64,000 nucleotides of DNA, taken from the IMG/VR virus record IMGVR_UViG_3300027313_000002, positions 13,293-77,292 of that record. One strand, written 5' to 3'. Both the position numbers and the translations under genes were made by a program. The DNA comes from a virus. The notes beneath the pieces are model-generated. The model saw nothing but the letters and a program-made list of their open reading frames with translations. It was not told the origin of the DNA and did no database searches. Numbering within the stretch: position 1 is the first letter of the stretch; each line of letters starts with the position of its first letter. This document shows, one piece after another, positions 40,107-49,867 of this stretch.

Positions 40107-40631
40107 CTATTCTGCCGCATCGGTCCAGCCCGCAGTGCCCACCCCGTAATACGCGGTGCCCCGCAGCAGCCCGTCGCCGTCCGGCACCGGGATGAACTGG
40201 ATGTCGGTGAGCAGGTGGCAGTCGACGGTCACCAGGTCCCCCCACAGCAGGGCGTCCGGGTCCGTACGCTGCAGGCGGAACTGGGCGGCGGCGAACACGG
40301 CCAGGCCCCGGTTGGTGGTCAGCGAGGACGATTCGGTCAGGTTGCGCGAGGCATCGCGCAGCGGGTCGGTCCACACGTCCAGGCGCAGCCGCCGGAACCG
40401 CAGCGTGCCGAGCACCTCGGGCACCGACCAGCCGCCGAAGTCGGCGCACACGATGGCGGAGGCCGAGCTGCCCTCCATGGTCTTGAACACCCCGGTGTTG
40501 GTGTCGGCAAACAGCCACGGCCGCCCGGCGTTGGCCTGGTTGAGGTCGCCGGCCGGGAACGCGCCGAGCAGCGAGGTGACGTCGGGGAACCCGGCCAGGA
40601 ACTTGACCGCGCCGCTCGCCACGTCGTCCAT
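40107..40631 (-). CDS. tail terminator-like protein
   Basis: Synteny in the head-tail joining block; CCCGAT-N10-ATG. Confidence 0.6.
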   Translation of the reverse strand: MDDVASGAVKFLAGFPDVTSLLGAFPAGDLNQANAGRPWLFADTNTGVFKTMEGSSASAIVCADFGGWSVPEVLGTLRFRRLRLDVWTDPLRDASRNLTESSSLTTNRGLAVFAAAQFRLQRTDPDALLWGDLVTVDCHLLTDIQFIPVPDGDGLLRGTAYYGVGTAGWTDAAE

Positions 40632-40806
40632 GCCCGCCAATATCGGGACAAGCGGCCCGGCCGGCCGGTAACGTGGGAGGCCGCTCAGAGCACCCCTCCG
40701 CTGCGCCAGGCTGCCGGCGCCGGTTAACGCCGGTCCGGGCGCGCCGAGACACTCTCCGCGAAACGGGTAGCGCCGGGCCCTGCTTCATCGGCCAGGGCCC
40801 GGCGCG

Positions 40807-41244
40807 CTAAGATCCGCCACTGTAGGGCCCCAGGCCGCCGCTGGGCGCGTCGCCGCCCTTACCGTCGGTAACCCAGTCCCACAGGGCCTGCCGGACCTCG
40901 TGCTCGAACTCAGGGCCGCCGGGGTCAAAGAAGTAGTGCATCCCCTCGGGATGATGATGCGGCGTGGTCTTCGGAGTAGGCGCCTGCCCGCGGGCCAGCT
41001 CGAAGATGCCGGGGTCGCGGACGTAGCTCACCTCGCCGCGCCAGGTCCCGAAGCCGAAGTCGGATTCCGGGTGACCGGAGCCCTTCAGCCCCCCGGTGAT
41101 CACGTGCACCCGGGCCTCGCTGACCGCGTAGCAGGCCAGCAGCGCGCTCTCCCACCGCCCGACGGTCGCCGCTCCCGGGCCGCGGGCCAGCCGGGACAGC
41201 TCGTCGCCGGCGCCATTCAGGTCGACCCAGAAGACGACGCCCAT
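40807..41244 (-). CDS. neck/HK97-gp10-like protein
   Basis: VHVITGGLKGSG motif; synteny. Confidence 0.6.
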   Translation of the reverse strand: MGVVFWVDLNGAGDELSRLARGPGAATVGRWESALLACYAVSEARVHVITGGLKGSGHPESDFGFGTWRGEVSYVRDPGIFELARGQAPTPKTTPHHHPEGMHYFFDPGGPEFEHEVRQALWDWVTDGKGGDAPSGGLGPYSGGS

Positions 41245-41317
41245 CAGGATGACCCTGGGCCGGGTGCGTGGTCGTCCCCGACCTGTCCATACACCCGGCC
41301 CATGAGCATTACTACGG

Positions 41318-41809
41318 TCATGGCGGACTACCGGGGAACGGGGTGGGGCTGCCCGGCTGCAGCTGCTGGCTGACCTCGATGACCTGGACCTCGCAGTGGC
41401 TGGCGCCGACCAGGTCCTGGGCGACGTCGGGGATCTGGCGGATCTCGAAGGTGCCGAAGATGGGCCCGACCACGCACTGCAGCCGGTCCGCGGCCAGCAC
41501 CAGCGGCACCCCGTTCGCGTCGGCGGTCACGCCGAAGTAGCACACCCCCACCCGGTCCGGCGCCCGGCCGGCCACGTAGGCGGGCGGGGCGTCCTTGCCG
41601 GGCCGCAGGAAGGTCAGGTCGATCCGGCACCTCATCAGCCCGGGCTGGTCCAGCAGCGGGTCGACGATGGCAGTGACCCGCTGCCAGGACATGGTCATGC
41701 CCCCGCCTGCCTGCAGGGTCTCGTTGAGCCGCAGCACCTGCACGGTGGAGGTGTAGAACGCTGCCAGCCCCGCCTGGCCCGGCGCGAACGGGACATACGG
41801 GCTGCTCAC
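41318..41809 (-). CDS. head-tail adaptor/closure-like protein
   Basis: Beta-rich, HCEVQVIE terminus; synteny. Confidence 0.6.
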   Translation of the reverse strand: MSSPYVPFAPGQAGLAAFYTSTVQVLRLNETLQAGGGMTMSWQRVTAIVDPLLDQPGLMRCRIDLTFLRPGKDAPPAYVAGRAPDRVGVCYFGVTADANGVPLVLAADRLQCVVGPIFGTFEIRQIPDVAQDLVGASHCEVQVIEVSQQLQPGSPTPFPGSPP

Positions 41810-42225
41810 CGCTCCTCCAGCGGGATTTCCGGCGGCGGCTGGACGCCCTTGGCGGCCAGGGCCGCGCTCATGGCTCCGTAATCTGTCGCCAGATTGGCGT
41901 ACACCGAGTAGACGAGCGTGATGAAGATGCCCACAGTCTCCCAGAAGCTGCGATGGAAGAAGAACAGCCAGGCCACAATGGGGAAATTGATGAGCCAGTA
42001 CAGCACGCCCCAGCGGTGCACGCTGTACTGGGTGTCCGGGTCAGACTCCAGCCGGGCGATCATGCTCCTGACCGGACGGTTGCGCAGCATCCGCCAGGCC
42101 ACGTAGACCAGGACCGCCCCGGCCGCGCCGAGCAGGACATAGCCCGCGTGCAGCTTGCCGTCCGCGTCGATGACCACGGCAGCTACCAGCAGGCCGAGCA
42201 GCAGGTAGCGCAGCGCAGCCATCAC
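41806..42225 (-). CDS. membrane protein (about 4 TM)
   Basis: Hydrophobic segments; CCCGAT-N9-GTG. Confidence 0.6.
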   Translation of the reverse strand: MMAALRYLLLGLLVAAVVIDADGKLHAGYVLLGAAGAVLVYVAWRMLRNRPVRSMIARLESDPDTQYSVHRWGVLYWLINFPIVAWLFFFHRSFWETVGIFITLVYSVYANLATDYGAMSAALAAKGVQPPPEIPLEER

Positions 42226-42644
42226 GCCCGGAGAATCGGGTCGGTGAACCGCCGGGTCGGGATGCCGCAGCGCTTCTCGGCATAGTCGGCGCAGTGCACC
42301 GCGCCGTGCGAGCCGTGCGAGCCGTGCAGCGGGCAATCCTCCTTCTCGCACGGCCCGATGAAGGCCAGGCACGCGGTGGCACCGAGATCAGCCATGGCCT
42401 CGCTGCGCTCGAAGCCGGCCCGCGGGTTGAACCGGCCGTCCCGGTACCAGTTCCTGACCGGGTGCGGCTCGACCTGGCCGCCCAGGTCCTTCCAGATGCG
42501 CTCCAGGTCCTGGTCGCCCTTCCGGGCATGCCCGGAGACCAGGACGGCGTCCGGGGCCAGCTCGTGCGCCCGGCCGAGCACTCGGCAGGCCAGCGCCCAG
42601 TCGTTCCAGCTGCGGGAGCAGGTGATCAGGATGCGACGGGTCAC
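42222..42644 (-). CDS. SLOG/DUF2493 (YspA-like) protein
   Basis: RILITCSRSW..VLVSGHARKGD..CLAF. Confidence 0.75.
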   Translation of the reverse strand: MTRRILITCSRSWNDWALACRVLGRAHELAPDAVLVSGHARKGDQDLERIWKDLGGQVEPHPVRNWYRDGRFNPRAGFERSEAMADLGATACLAFIGPCEKEDCPLHGSHGSHGAVHCADYAEKRCGIPTRRFTDPILRA

Positions 42645-43375
42645 GTCAGGATTCCCTCGCGCTCTAGTACGGCGACCGCCCGCTGGTAGACCCCGGCAGC
42701 CTCATCCTCGGTGAGGAAGGTCCCGAGGTGAATACGCGCGACCCAGCCGGTGCGCCCCTCCCCGTAGCGCAGGTCCTTGATCTTGCTCACGCCCTTGGAA
42801 CGGCCATCCCGCCGATCCTTATTGCGGTTCTGCTGTGAGTACGTCGCCCAGCGCACCTTGCCTGGCTCGTAATTGCCGTTTCCGTCCCGGCGGTCAAGGC
42901 TCCAGCCACGCCCGGGATGCGGCCCTATTTCCGTCTCGACATCCTCGATGAACTGGCGCAGGTCGTGCCAGCGGTCACAGACCTCGATCCCCCGGCCACC
43001 GTAGTGCTCCCACCGGACATTATCCGGGTTCTCGCACCGGCTCAACATGTTGTGCCAGACCGCGTAGAGGGGATGCCCGGATAGCCCGTAGCCTGGCTGC
43101 TTAGCGACCCAGGCTGCCTTGGCAACCTTGATGGTCTCCCGGCCGATGCGCGCAGACTGCTCCCGCCGCGCGCAGCCACAGGACGTGGTGTTGATCCGGC
43201 CTCTGCGCTCCACCAGAGACAGCAGCGCGGCCTCGTAGTTGCTGCCGCAGTCACAGCGGAGCAAGGCCCCGCGCTTGCCGCCTGTGACCCTGATCTGAGG
43301 GTCCAGCACCACACCGCGGCCAATACGCTGGCCGACTTCGAAGTTTAGGGTAGGAGGTCTTCCTGTCTTCGGCAT
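42641..43375 (-). CDS. HNH-type endonuclease with AP2-like tail
   Basis: CDCG, SCGC, W.NM..RC, YGGRGI.VC.RW, SLDR.D.NGNYEP. Confidence 0.85.
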   Translation of the reverse strand: MPKTGRPPTLNFEVGQRIGRGVVLDPQIRVTGGKRGALLRCDCGSNYEAALLSLVERRGRINTTSCGCARREQSARIGRETIKVAKAAWVAKQPGYGLSGHPLYAVWHNMLSRCENPDNVRWEHYGGRGIEVCDRWHDLRQFIEDVETEIGPHPGRGWSLDRRDGNGNYEPGKVRWATYSQQNRNKDRRDGRSKGVSKIKDLRYGEGRTGWVARIHLGTFLTEDEAAGVYQRAVAVLEREGILT

Positions 43376-43399
43376 AAAGACAGTGTAGCAGCCATTATG

Positions 43400-43981
43400 C
43401 TAGAGACCAGGATCGGAGGGGAAGATTTGCGCGTTGATGTCGAACATCTGCCAGTCGATCTGGTCCCGGTCGCTCGGCCCGGCCATCACCATCCGCTGCT
43501 CGCGCTTGTCCCACACGATGCCCACGCCGTCGTAGCGCTCGCTGTACCGCTCGAACCCCGTGATCTGCCCGTAGAAGACGCCGTTGGCCCGGGTCCGCCT
43601 GGCCAGGAACCGGACGGCCAGGTCGAACATGTCGACCCCGGTGCGCTCAGCGGTGACTTCCAGCGCCTGGGCGTTGCGGGCCATCTCCTGGATGGGCTTG
43701 GAGTAGCTGTAGGACCCGACCGTCTCGCTCATCAGCGGGTTGGCGAGGACCTGCTGGTAGGGCCAGCGCAGGTACAGGTAGTCGGCCATGGCCATGATGC
43801 CGGAGTTGGCCAGGGTCTGGTCGTCCGGGTTCATCGCGCCGTAGTCAGCCACGCCCAGCTCGGTCAGCGTGGTGAACATGATGGTGGCCTGCAGCAGCGC
43901 GCTGTTCACGTACGTGGTGTAGCTGACCTCGGCCCGGCCGGTGTACTCGGCCAGCTCGGCGAGGGTGGGCAGCGGCCACAT
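43400..43981 (-). CDS. head-tail connector (gp15-like)
   Basis: SETVGSYSYSK motif; GCCGAT-N9-ATG. Confidence 0.75.
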   Translation of the reverse strand: MWPLPTLAELAEYTGRAEVSYTTYVNSALLQATIMFTTLTELGVADYGAMNPDDQTLANSGIMAMADYLYLRWPYQQVLANPLMSETVGSYSYSKPIQEMARNAQALEVTAERTGVDMFDLAVRFLARRTRANGVFYGQITGFERYSERYDGVGIVWDKREQRMVMAGPSDRDQIDWQMFDINAQIFPSDPGL

Positions 43982-44399
43982 ACCTGGTACATCGGCCGGG
44001 GAGGGCTGCGCGCAGCCCGGTTTCCGCCTCAGGGGGCCGGACTCGGGTCAGAGGCCACATAGCAGGGATCGGACTCCGTGATGCGGCCCTCGCCTTCAAG
44101 GCCCCGGAGGCGGGGGCGTAGAGCCACCCTCCCCGGTGAGGAGAACATCGGCCACTACGAGCGGGGCCACCATACGGTGCATGCCCGGCAGAGATGCTGA
44201 GCCCCGCCATGGCCCGGCGCCAGGGCGCAGCTGTGCTCGCCGCGCGTCTCGGTGCACCGCCGGGTCACGGCCCGGCGCTGGGCTAGCGCGAACTCGATGT
44301 CGCGCAGCCCGTGCTCGGTGAGCCCGATCCGGTAGATCGCCGGATGCTCCCGCAGCTCCAGGGTCAGGTGGCCGCCGTGGTCGGTGACCTGGACGTCCA

Positions 44400-44738
44400 C
44401 TACAGCAGCGTGCTGATGTCGACGGTGGCGCCGAGGCTGGCCGGGATGGGTACCCCGGTCACCGGGGGCGGCGCGGTGGCGTCCGGGACGGCCAGCCTGG
44501 TCGTGATGGTGTAGGTGAACGCCGGGCTCACCGAGTCAGTCGTCGGGATGACCAGCGGCGTCATCACCCCGGCGATCACCTCGCCGGTCGCCGAGCCCTC
44601 CAGCAGCGTGGCCGCGGCCGGGTCGCTGACCGGGCCGGACGGGGTGAAGACGAAGAACCCGTTCAGTGGCTCGCCACCCATGTCCAGCACGTGCTGGCCG
44701 GTGACGGTGATGGTGGTGATGCCGGCCGGGAGGCTCAC
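44400..44738 (-). CDS. hypothetical structural protein
   Basis: VSLPAGITTITVTG..., GTGA overlap. Confidence 0.5.
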   Translation of the reverse strand: MSLPAGITTITVTGQHVLDMGGEPLNGFFVFTPSGPVSDPAAATLLEGSATGEVIAGVMTPLVIPTTDSVSPAFTYTITTRLAVPDATAPPPVTGVPIPASLGATVDISTLL

Positions 44739-45424
44739 CGGAACGCCGGGGCGGGCACGCCGCGGGCCCGCCTCGCCTCCGCCGCGTCGGCCTGCCGCAG
44801 CGCCTCCTCGCCCGGCCCGGCGATGGTCACCGGGTTGCCGGCGTGGTCGGTGCCGGACAGCTGCTGGAAGCCGCCCTGCTCCTCGGTGTAGGAGCGGCGC
44901 CCTGGCCACGGCCCGTGCTCGAAGAACTGCCGGCCCCACCGCTCGGCCTGCTGCGCCCGGTTCAGCAGGATCCAGCCCCGGGCCTCCTCCCAGCGCGGGT
45001 GATCCGGGCCGATCTCCAGCTCCTGGCCGCGGTACCACACCTGGCCGAACGCGGTCAGCCCGTCGTCGATGAAGTGGATGAGCACGGCCCTGCCCTCGGT
45101 CGGCTGCCAGGCCTGCGGCTGGGCCTCGAAGCGGGCCGTCTCGGCGACCGCGGCGGCATGCGCCTTATCCCGCTCGGCCAGCTCCTCCGGGCTCAGCTGC
45201 GCCGCGGGCCGCGGCCGGACCCCCTCGGCCCGGACCGCGTCCGGGGCCTGCGCGGTCATGTCCAGGCCGCAGCTCGCGCAGAACCGGGCCCCGGTCACGT
45301 TCTGGTGGCCCAGCGCGCACACCGGGCCGGGCAGGCCCGGCTCTTCCGCCGGGCCGTCCGGCACCAGCTGCCCGGCCGCGGCGGCCGGGTCGACGATAAC
45401 CTGCTTTCCGCTCAGTCCTGCCAC
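44735..45424 (-). CDS. zinc-ribbon-containing protein
   Basis: CALGH..ARFCASCG; GCCGAT-N9-GTG. Confidence 0.6.
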   Translation of the reverse strand: MAGLSGKQVIVDPAAAAGQLVPDGPAEEPGLPGPVCALGHQNVTGARFCASCGLDMTAQAPDAVRAEGVRPRPAAQLSPEELAERDKAHAAAVAETARFEAQPQAWQPTEGRAVLIHFIDDGLTAFGQVWYRGQELEIGPDHPRWEEARGWILLNRAQQAERWGRQFFEHGPWPGRRSYTEEQGGFQQLSGTDHAGNPVTIAGPGEEALRQADAAEARRARGVPAPAFR

Positions 45425-45443
45425 GCCCGGGGAATCGGCCGCC

Positions 45444-46187
45444 CTACACCACGATGTCCACGTCCCCGGCAGCGACCTCATGCCAGCGCTGCGGCGGGTA
45501 GTCCTCCTGATAGCAGCTGCTGCGGGTCGACGGGTACATGTGCGCGGACAGCTCGGAGCGGTACAGCGCGCTGACCTCGCCGATGTGCAGCGCACGGGAC
45601 CGCAGCGGGAACAGGCACCGCACGCCCGCCTCGCCGAGCCGGATGCGCAGCTGGGCGTCCCAGCCGAGCGCGTTGCCCTCCGGCACCCCCCAGCCGGGCT
45701 CGATGAACTCCTCCCAGCAGACCTTCCAGGTGCCCCAGGTCAGCGGGCTGAACCACGGCAGCCGCACGACGGCACCCGCCCGGGCATCCCGGCTGGACAG
45801 CACGTGCGCGCAGGCGATCATGATGTCCGGGTCCGCCGCATAGGTCGCCGCAGCCCAGCTGAAGTACTCCAGCACGTCGGCGGACACCACGACGTCCTCC
45901 TCGGCCAGCACCGCGAACGGGGCGCTGCTGCGGAAGGCGAGATCCAGGGCCCGGCGCGTGTTGGCCACCACGCCGAGGCGCTCGCGGTTGACCGAGCAGT
46001 GCGCGTGCCGGAAGGACCGCTCCGCCCAGGCCTCGAAGTCCGCCACCGGGAACGACGGGTCCGGCTCGATGCAGAACAGCAGGTAGGCGTCGTCTGCACC
46101 GCGGACCCGGGCCCAGGACTCCAGGGCCGCGCGCAGGTAGTCCTGCCGTTGCCCGCTGACCGTGAACGCGACAGTGACGGCTAGCAG
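45444..46187 (-). CDS. GT-A fold glycosyltransferase
   Basis: RQDYLRAALESW, VLAEEDVVVSADVLEYF, GWD, HIGE; frame stays open up to the capsid stop; CTG start inferred. Confidence 0.75.
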   Translation of the reverse strand: MLAVTVAFTVSGQRQDYLRAALESWARVRGADDAYLLFCIEPDPSFPVADFEAWAERSFRHAHCSVNRERLGVVANTRRALDLAFRSSAPFAVLAEEDVVVSADVLEYFSWAAATYAADPDIMIACAHVLSSRDARAGAVVRLPWFSPLTWGTWKVCWEEFIEPGWGVPEGNALGWDAQLRIRLGEAGVRCLFPLRSRALHIGEVSALYRSELSAHMYPSTRSSCYQEDYPPQRWHEVAAGDVDIVV

Positions 46188-46202
46188 AGCGATGCCGCCA
46201 GG

Positions 46203-47408
46203 CTAGTCGATGGTGCCGCCGCCCGGGGCGTTGCCCACCGCGCCAGCCCAGTACCCGGCCGGGGCCGCGGTCGCTCCGGTGCCGATGATGCCGGTGGCCA
46301 CGAGCATCTGCTCAGGCCTGGTCACAATAGGCAGAAGATGCCATTCCAGAAGGTACTGCCTGGCCGACGGATCTTTTTCCTTCCAGGTTTTCGCGTACTT
46401 TCCAGTAAATCCATCGGGCGCTTCATCATCGGCGGTCGGGCCGATTAGCAGCTCGATAGGCCGCTGGTCGGTGTAGTTGCCCAAATACATCTGTCCATCG
46501 GGGACAAAAAAGCTGATATTGCCGAGGTCCGACTCGAAGACCTGCTCCACTGTGTTCCATACGAGCCCCATAAAGCCGGACATTATGCCCGTGCTATAAA
46601 ACTCGTCCTTCATACGATCTGAGAGCATGGTCGCCGGGATATTGACCGTGGCGCCGGAGGTAGCCTGGGTCCAGGCTTCCATGAGGGCCGCCATTGTCAC
46701 CGAGGTCGCGAATACTTCCTTGGCCGGGACGCGCCCGTGGATTTGCACGACCCGCTTCCAGGAGCGGACGTCCTCCAGGATGGACACCGGGTTGGCGTAC
46801 GTTATCGTACCGGTCCCGGCGTTCAGCCGCGTGCCCGCCTGGCCCAGCGTGAGCGGGTTGCTCGGCGAGCCGGTGCCCGTGCCGCCGGTCGTGTAGTAGA
46901 CCAGCGAGGGGTTGTTGACCCACGGCGTGGCCGGGGTGACGAAATGCGAGGCGGGGAACTTGTAGTCCACGACCGCCTGGATGTCCGCGTAGTTGTAATT
47001 GATACCGCCGCCGAGGGCCTGCCAGCAGCTCCATTCCGCAAAATTGTCGAACCTCATATTGAGGTCATTGATCTCGCGGAGGACTGCCTGCTCGGCGTTT
47101 ACCCGCGCGATTTCCCCGGGCACCCGGAGCCAGTGAAGGGTGGTCGGCTCGAACACTTTCTTCTCGCGAAGATAAATGAATGCAGCCGACTCTTGCGAGC
47201 GGCCGAGACGGGAAATTATGTGCGCTTCCGAATTGGGGACGTTAGGCTTAGCGACCGCACGCGAGCCCTTTACCACATCCCATGTCGCGGACGGGAAAGG
47301 CCAGGGAGTCTGATCCAGCCTGTTCATGAGCACGAGCGTTTCCGGCGTGACGAACTTCTCCACGACTCCGCGCAGGACCACGGGCTCAAGGAGGCTGATG
47401 TCTGGCAT
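46203..47408 (-). CDS. major capsid protein (phage cap E-like)
   Basis: MPDISLLEP..., EWSCWQAL, WKEKDPS..LP; GGGAG RBS. Confidence 0.9.
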   Translation of the reverse strand: MPDISLLEPVVLRGVVEKFVTPETLVLMNRLDQTPWPFPSATWDVVKGSRAVAKPNVPNSEAHIISRLGRSQESAAFIYLREKKVFEPTTLHWLRVPGEIARVNAEQAVLREINDLNMRFDNFAEWSCWQALGGGINYNYADIQAVVDYKFPASHFVTPATPWVNNPSLVYYTTGGTGTGSPSNPLTLGQAGTRLNAGTGTITYANPVSILEDVRSWKRVVQIHGRVPAKEVFATSVTMAALMEAWTQATSGATVNIPATMLSDRMKDEFYSTGIMSGFMGLVWNTVEQVFESDLGNISFFVPDGQMYLGNYTDQRPIELLIGPTADDEAPDGFTGKYAKTWKEKDPSARQYLLEWHLLPIVTRPEQMLVATGIIGTGATAAPAGYWAGAVGNAPGGGTID

Positions 47409-47614
47409 TTGCCGGCTCCCTTTCAGGTGCTTTCCGCTACGGAGGCAGCGGCACCTGCCCGGTGCCCGGCCTGCGCCGCCCCCCCGGGGGAGCCACCTGG
47501 CTGGCCTGGCCGCATGATCGCGGTTACCCGGTCTTATCGACCCGGGCACGCGAGAGCCCCCGGCGCTGCGACGCCGGGGGTCTCGCGCGGACAAGTGCCG
47601 CGGCCGGGATGCGA

Positions 47615-49351
47615 TCAGGACTGCGGGCCGGCGTTCTGGCCGAGGGCAGGGGCCGGGCTGCTGCCGGACGGGACCACCCCGGCGAACCTCAGCAGGTCCG
47701 CCAGGCCGAACGACCCGTCCGCCGCGGCAATCGGCGCCGCTGGCTTGAAGTTGCTGGCGATGGCACCGCCCTTGTCGACCTGGAGAAGGCGCAGCAGCAC
47801 ATCAGTGCAGATCCTGGCCCCCACGGGGCCGAGCATCGCCTGGGTGTTGTTGCCGGCCGTGCCGGTGCCGTCGAAATTGTCCACCGTGGTGACGCCCTGG
47901 TTCTGCAGGAACGCCTCGTAGCCGACGTAGAACAGCAGCGGCGTGCCGTCCTCGAAGCCGGGGATGACGGTCGGGTCGATCGCCGTGCCGGGCGCAATTG
48001 GGGTCAGCCCGTAGGCCCTGGCCACGTCCTGCCCGGAGGGCATCTGGTAGAAGAACGCGCGGATGAAGTCGCGGAACATCAGCGAGTTGGACCCGGACGG
48101 CTGCGCGCCGCTCGGGCCGCCGATCGGCAGGCCCGCCCCGGTGCCGAGCAGCGCCGCGCCGGGCGGCTGGCCGAACAGCGACTGCGCGACCATGTGCAGG
48201 CCATCGGCGCCGGGCTGCTTGAGGACCTGGAGCGCCAGGCCGGGCACCGAGGGGTCATACAGCGCCTCGTGCCACTGCCGCCAGTCAATCTGGTGGTCGA
48301 GCGTCAGCGGATACCCGCCGTGCAGGTCACCCGCGGACTTGTTCGGCACGCCGCCTCCTCCGGCCGTGCCGGTGGCCCCGGCCACGCCCGTGAACAGGTT
48401 GTTCCGGCTGTCGGAGTTCGGGGAGATCACCGGGTTGGGCGCGTAGGCGTTCCTGACCAAGAAGTGACCGAACCTGTACGCGCCGACCGAGAACTCGATC
48501 GGCATGACGGGCTTGGTCACGTCGGCGCCGGGGTCGTAGACCCGGCCTTTGCCGTCCAGCATGTCGGTGATGGTCTGCTGGCCGAAGAATGTCGGCATCA
48601 GGTCATGCAGGATGAGCCACTGCCAGTAGTGGATGACTGTCTTCTGGGCCTTGGCGAAGTGCTTGATCTTGAGCTGGTCGACCACGGCGTTATGGAACAG
48701 CAGCAACGAGACATGCAATTGCGAGATGATCTCGTTCTCGTCGTCGCGGGTCTCGACCACGATCGCCGAGCCGTCCGCGCGGCGGGGGAGGTCGACGACG
48801 CCGTTGACGTTGGGGCCGACGATGAAGTGCAGCTTGTCGGCCTGGTACAGCTCGGGCGACACGCTCGGGCCGCCGCCGTAGATCATGGACAAGTCGACCT
48901 TCTTGGTCTCGTAGTCCAGGACCGGGTTGCCGTCCGGATCTAGCAGCGGGTCACGCGCCGACTTGGCCTTGAAGGAGAACGCGGCGGTGGGCTGCGGCTG
49001 CACGTCCAGGGTCACGTCGTGGTCGAGGATCTGGAGGGCGTAGGTGCGGGCGGCACCGAACGTGGTGTCAAACTTGCCGCCGGGCTGGAGCATGGCATCC
49101 GCCAGCGCGGCCAGCGCGGTGGCCGGGTCGCCGTTCGGGACGAACCCGGTCAGCTTGGGGAACATCCGGCCGAACATGGCGCCGGACGGGTCCTGGCCGG
49201 GCACCGAGACGGCCCGGGTCGGGTCGAGCGCCATTGAAGCGGACGCCGGGCTGGCCAGCGCCCGGCCGCCGCCCTTCAGCAAGACGACGGCAGCGGGCGC
49301 GCCCACCAGGCCCAGGCGCAGCAGGGTGCGGCGGGACATATCAGCGGTCAT
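47615..49351 (-). CDS. Tat-exported heme peroxidase (peroxidase-cyclooxygenase family)
   Basis: SRRTLL; FGRMFP, LDHDVT, IYGGGP, RDDEN, EFSVGAYRFGH. Confidence 0.85.
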   Translation of the reverse strand: MTADMSRRTLLRLGLVGAPAAVVLLKGGGRALASPASASMALDPTRAVSVPGQDPSGAMFGRMFPKLTGFVPNGDPATALAALADAMLQPGGKFDTTFGAARTYALQILDHDVTLDVQPQPTAAFSFKAKSARDPLLDPDGNPVLDYETKKVDLSMIYGGGPSVSPELYQADKLHFIVGPNVNGVVDLPRRADGSAIVVETRDDENEIISQLHVSLLLFHNAVVDQLKIKHFAKAQKTVIHYWQWLILHDLMPTFFGQQTITDMLDGKGRVYDPGADVTKPVMPIEFSVGAYRFGHFLVRNAYAPNPVISPNSDSRNNLFTGVAGATGTAGGGGVPNKSAGDLHGGYPLTLDHQIDWRQWHEALYDPSVPGLALQVLKQPGADGLHMVAQSLFGQPPGAALLGTGAGLPIGGPSGAQPSGSNSLMFRDFIRAFFYQMPSGQDVARAYGLTPIAPGTAIDPTVIPGFEDGTPLLFYVGYEAFLQNQGVTTVDNFDGTGTAGNNTQAMLGPVGARICTDVLLRLLQVDKGGAIASNFKPAAPIAAADGSFGLADLLRFAGVVPSGSSPAPALGQNAGPQS

Positions 49352-49392
49352 GAGCGGTTTCCTCTCAGGTGGCTTCCCCCTCACGAGCCGAA

Positions 49393-49803
49393 TCAGCTCA
49401 GGATGTACACGGACACGTGATTCCGGAGACTGACACAGATGATGGACGGCACGTGGATGACCACGGTCCGGTGCAGGACCACCGAGTAAGTGGACTCGGC
49501 GGTAGTCGCCAGCCGGCAGCCGGAAAACGGGCTCGCCGACGGCGGCGCAGTGGGGGCGGCCGGGGACGTCACCGCGGGCGTGCTGCTCGGGCTAACAGTC
49601 ACGGTGGGCGTCGGGGTCACGGTTGCCGCCGGGGTCACGGTTGCCGCCGGGGTCACGGTCACGGTCACGGTGGGGGTCGGCGAACTGGTGTCGGCCGGGC
49701 CAGCCGCATGAGTGCTGGCCGCCAGGGCGGTGCCGCCAATGGCCAGCGCGGCGACGATTGCGCCCAAGACCGCGGCGACACGGATCATCAGTGAACGGGG
49801 CAT
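49393..49803 (-). CDS. secreted Thr/Pro-rich protein
   Basis: Signal peptide; TVTPAA repeats; CCCGAT-N9-ATG. Confidence 0.6.
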   Translation of the reverse strand: MPRSLMIRVAAVLGAIVAALAIGGTALAASTHAAGPADTSSPTPTVTVTVTPAATVTPAATVTPTPTVTVSPSSTPAVTSPAAPTAPPSASPFSGCRLATTAESTYSVVLHRTVVIHVPSIICVSLRNHVSVYILS

Positions 49804-49867
49804 ACCTGCCCTATCGGGCCCAGCAGGCGCTACGCACAACAAACCTGAAAGTTACTTCTGAATTGCT

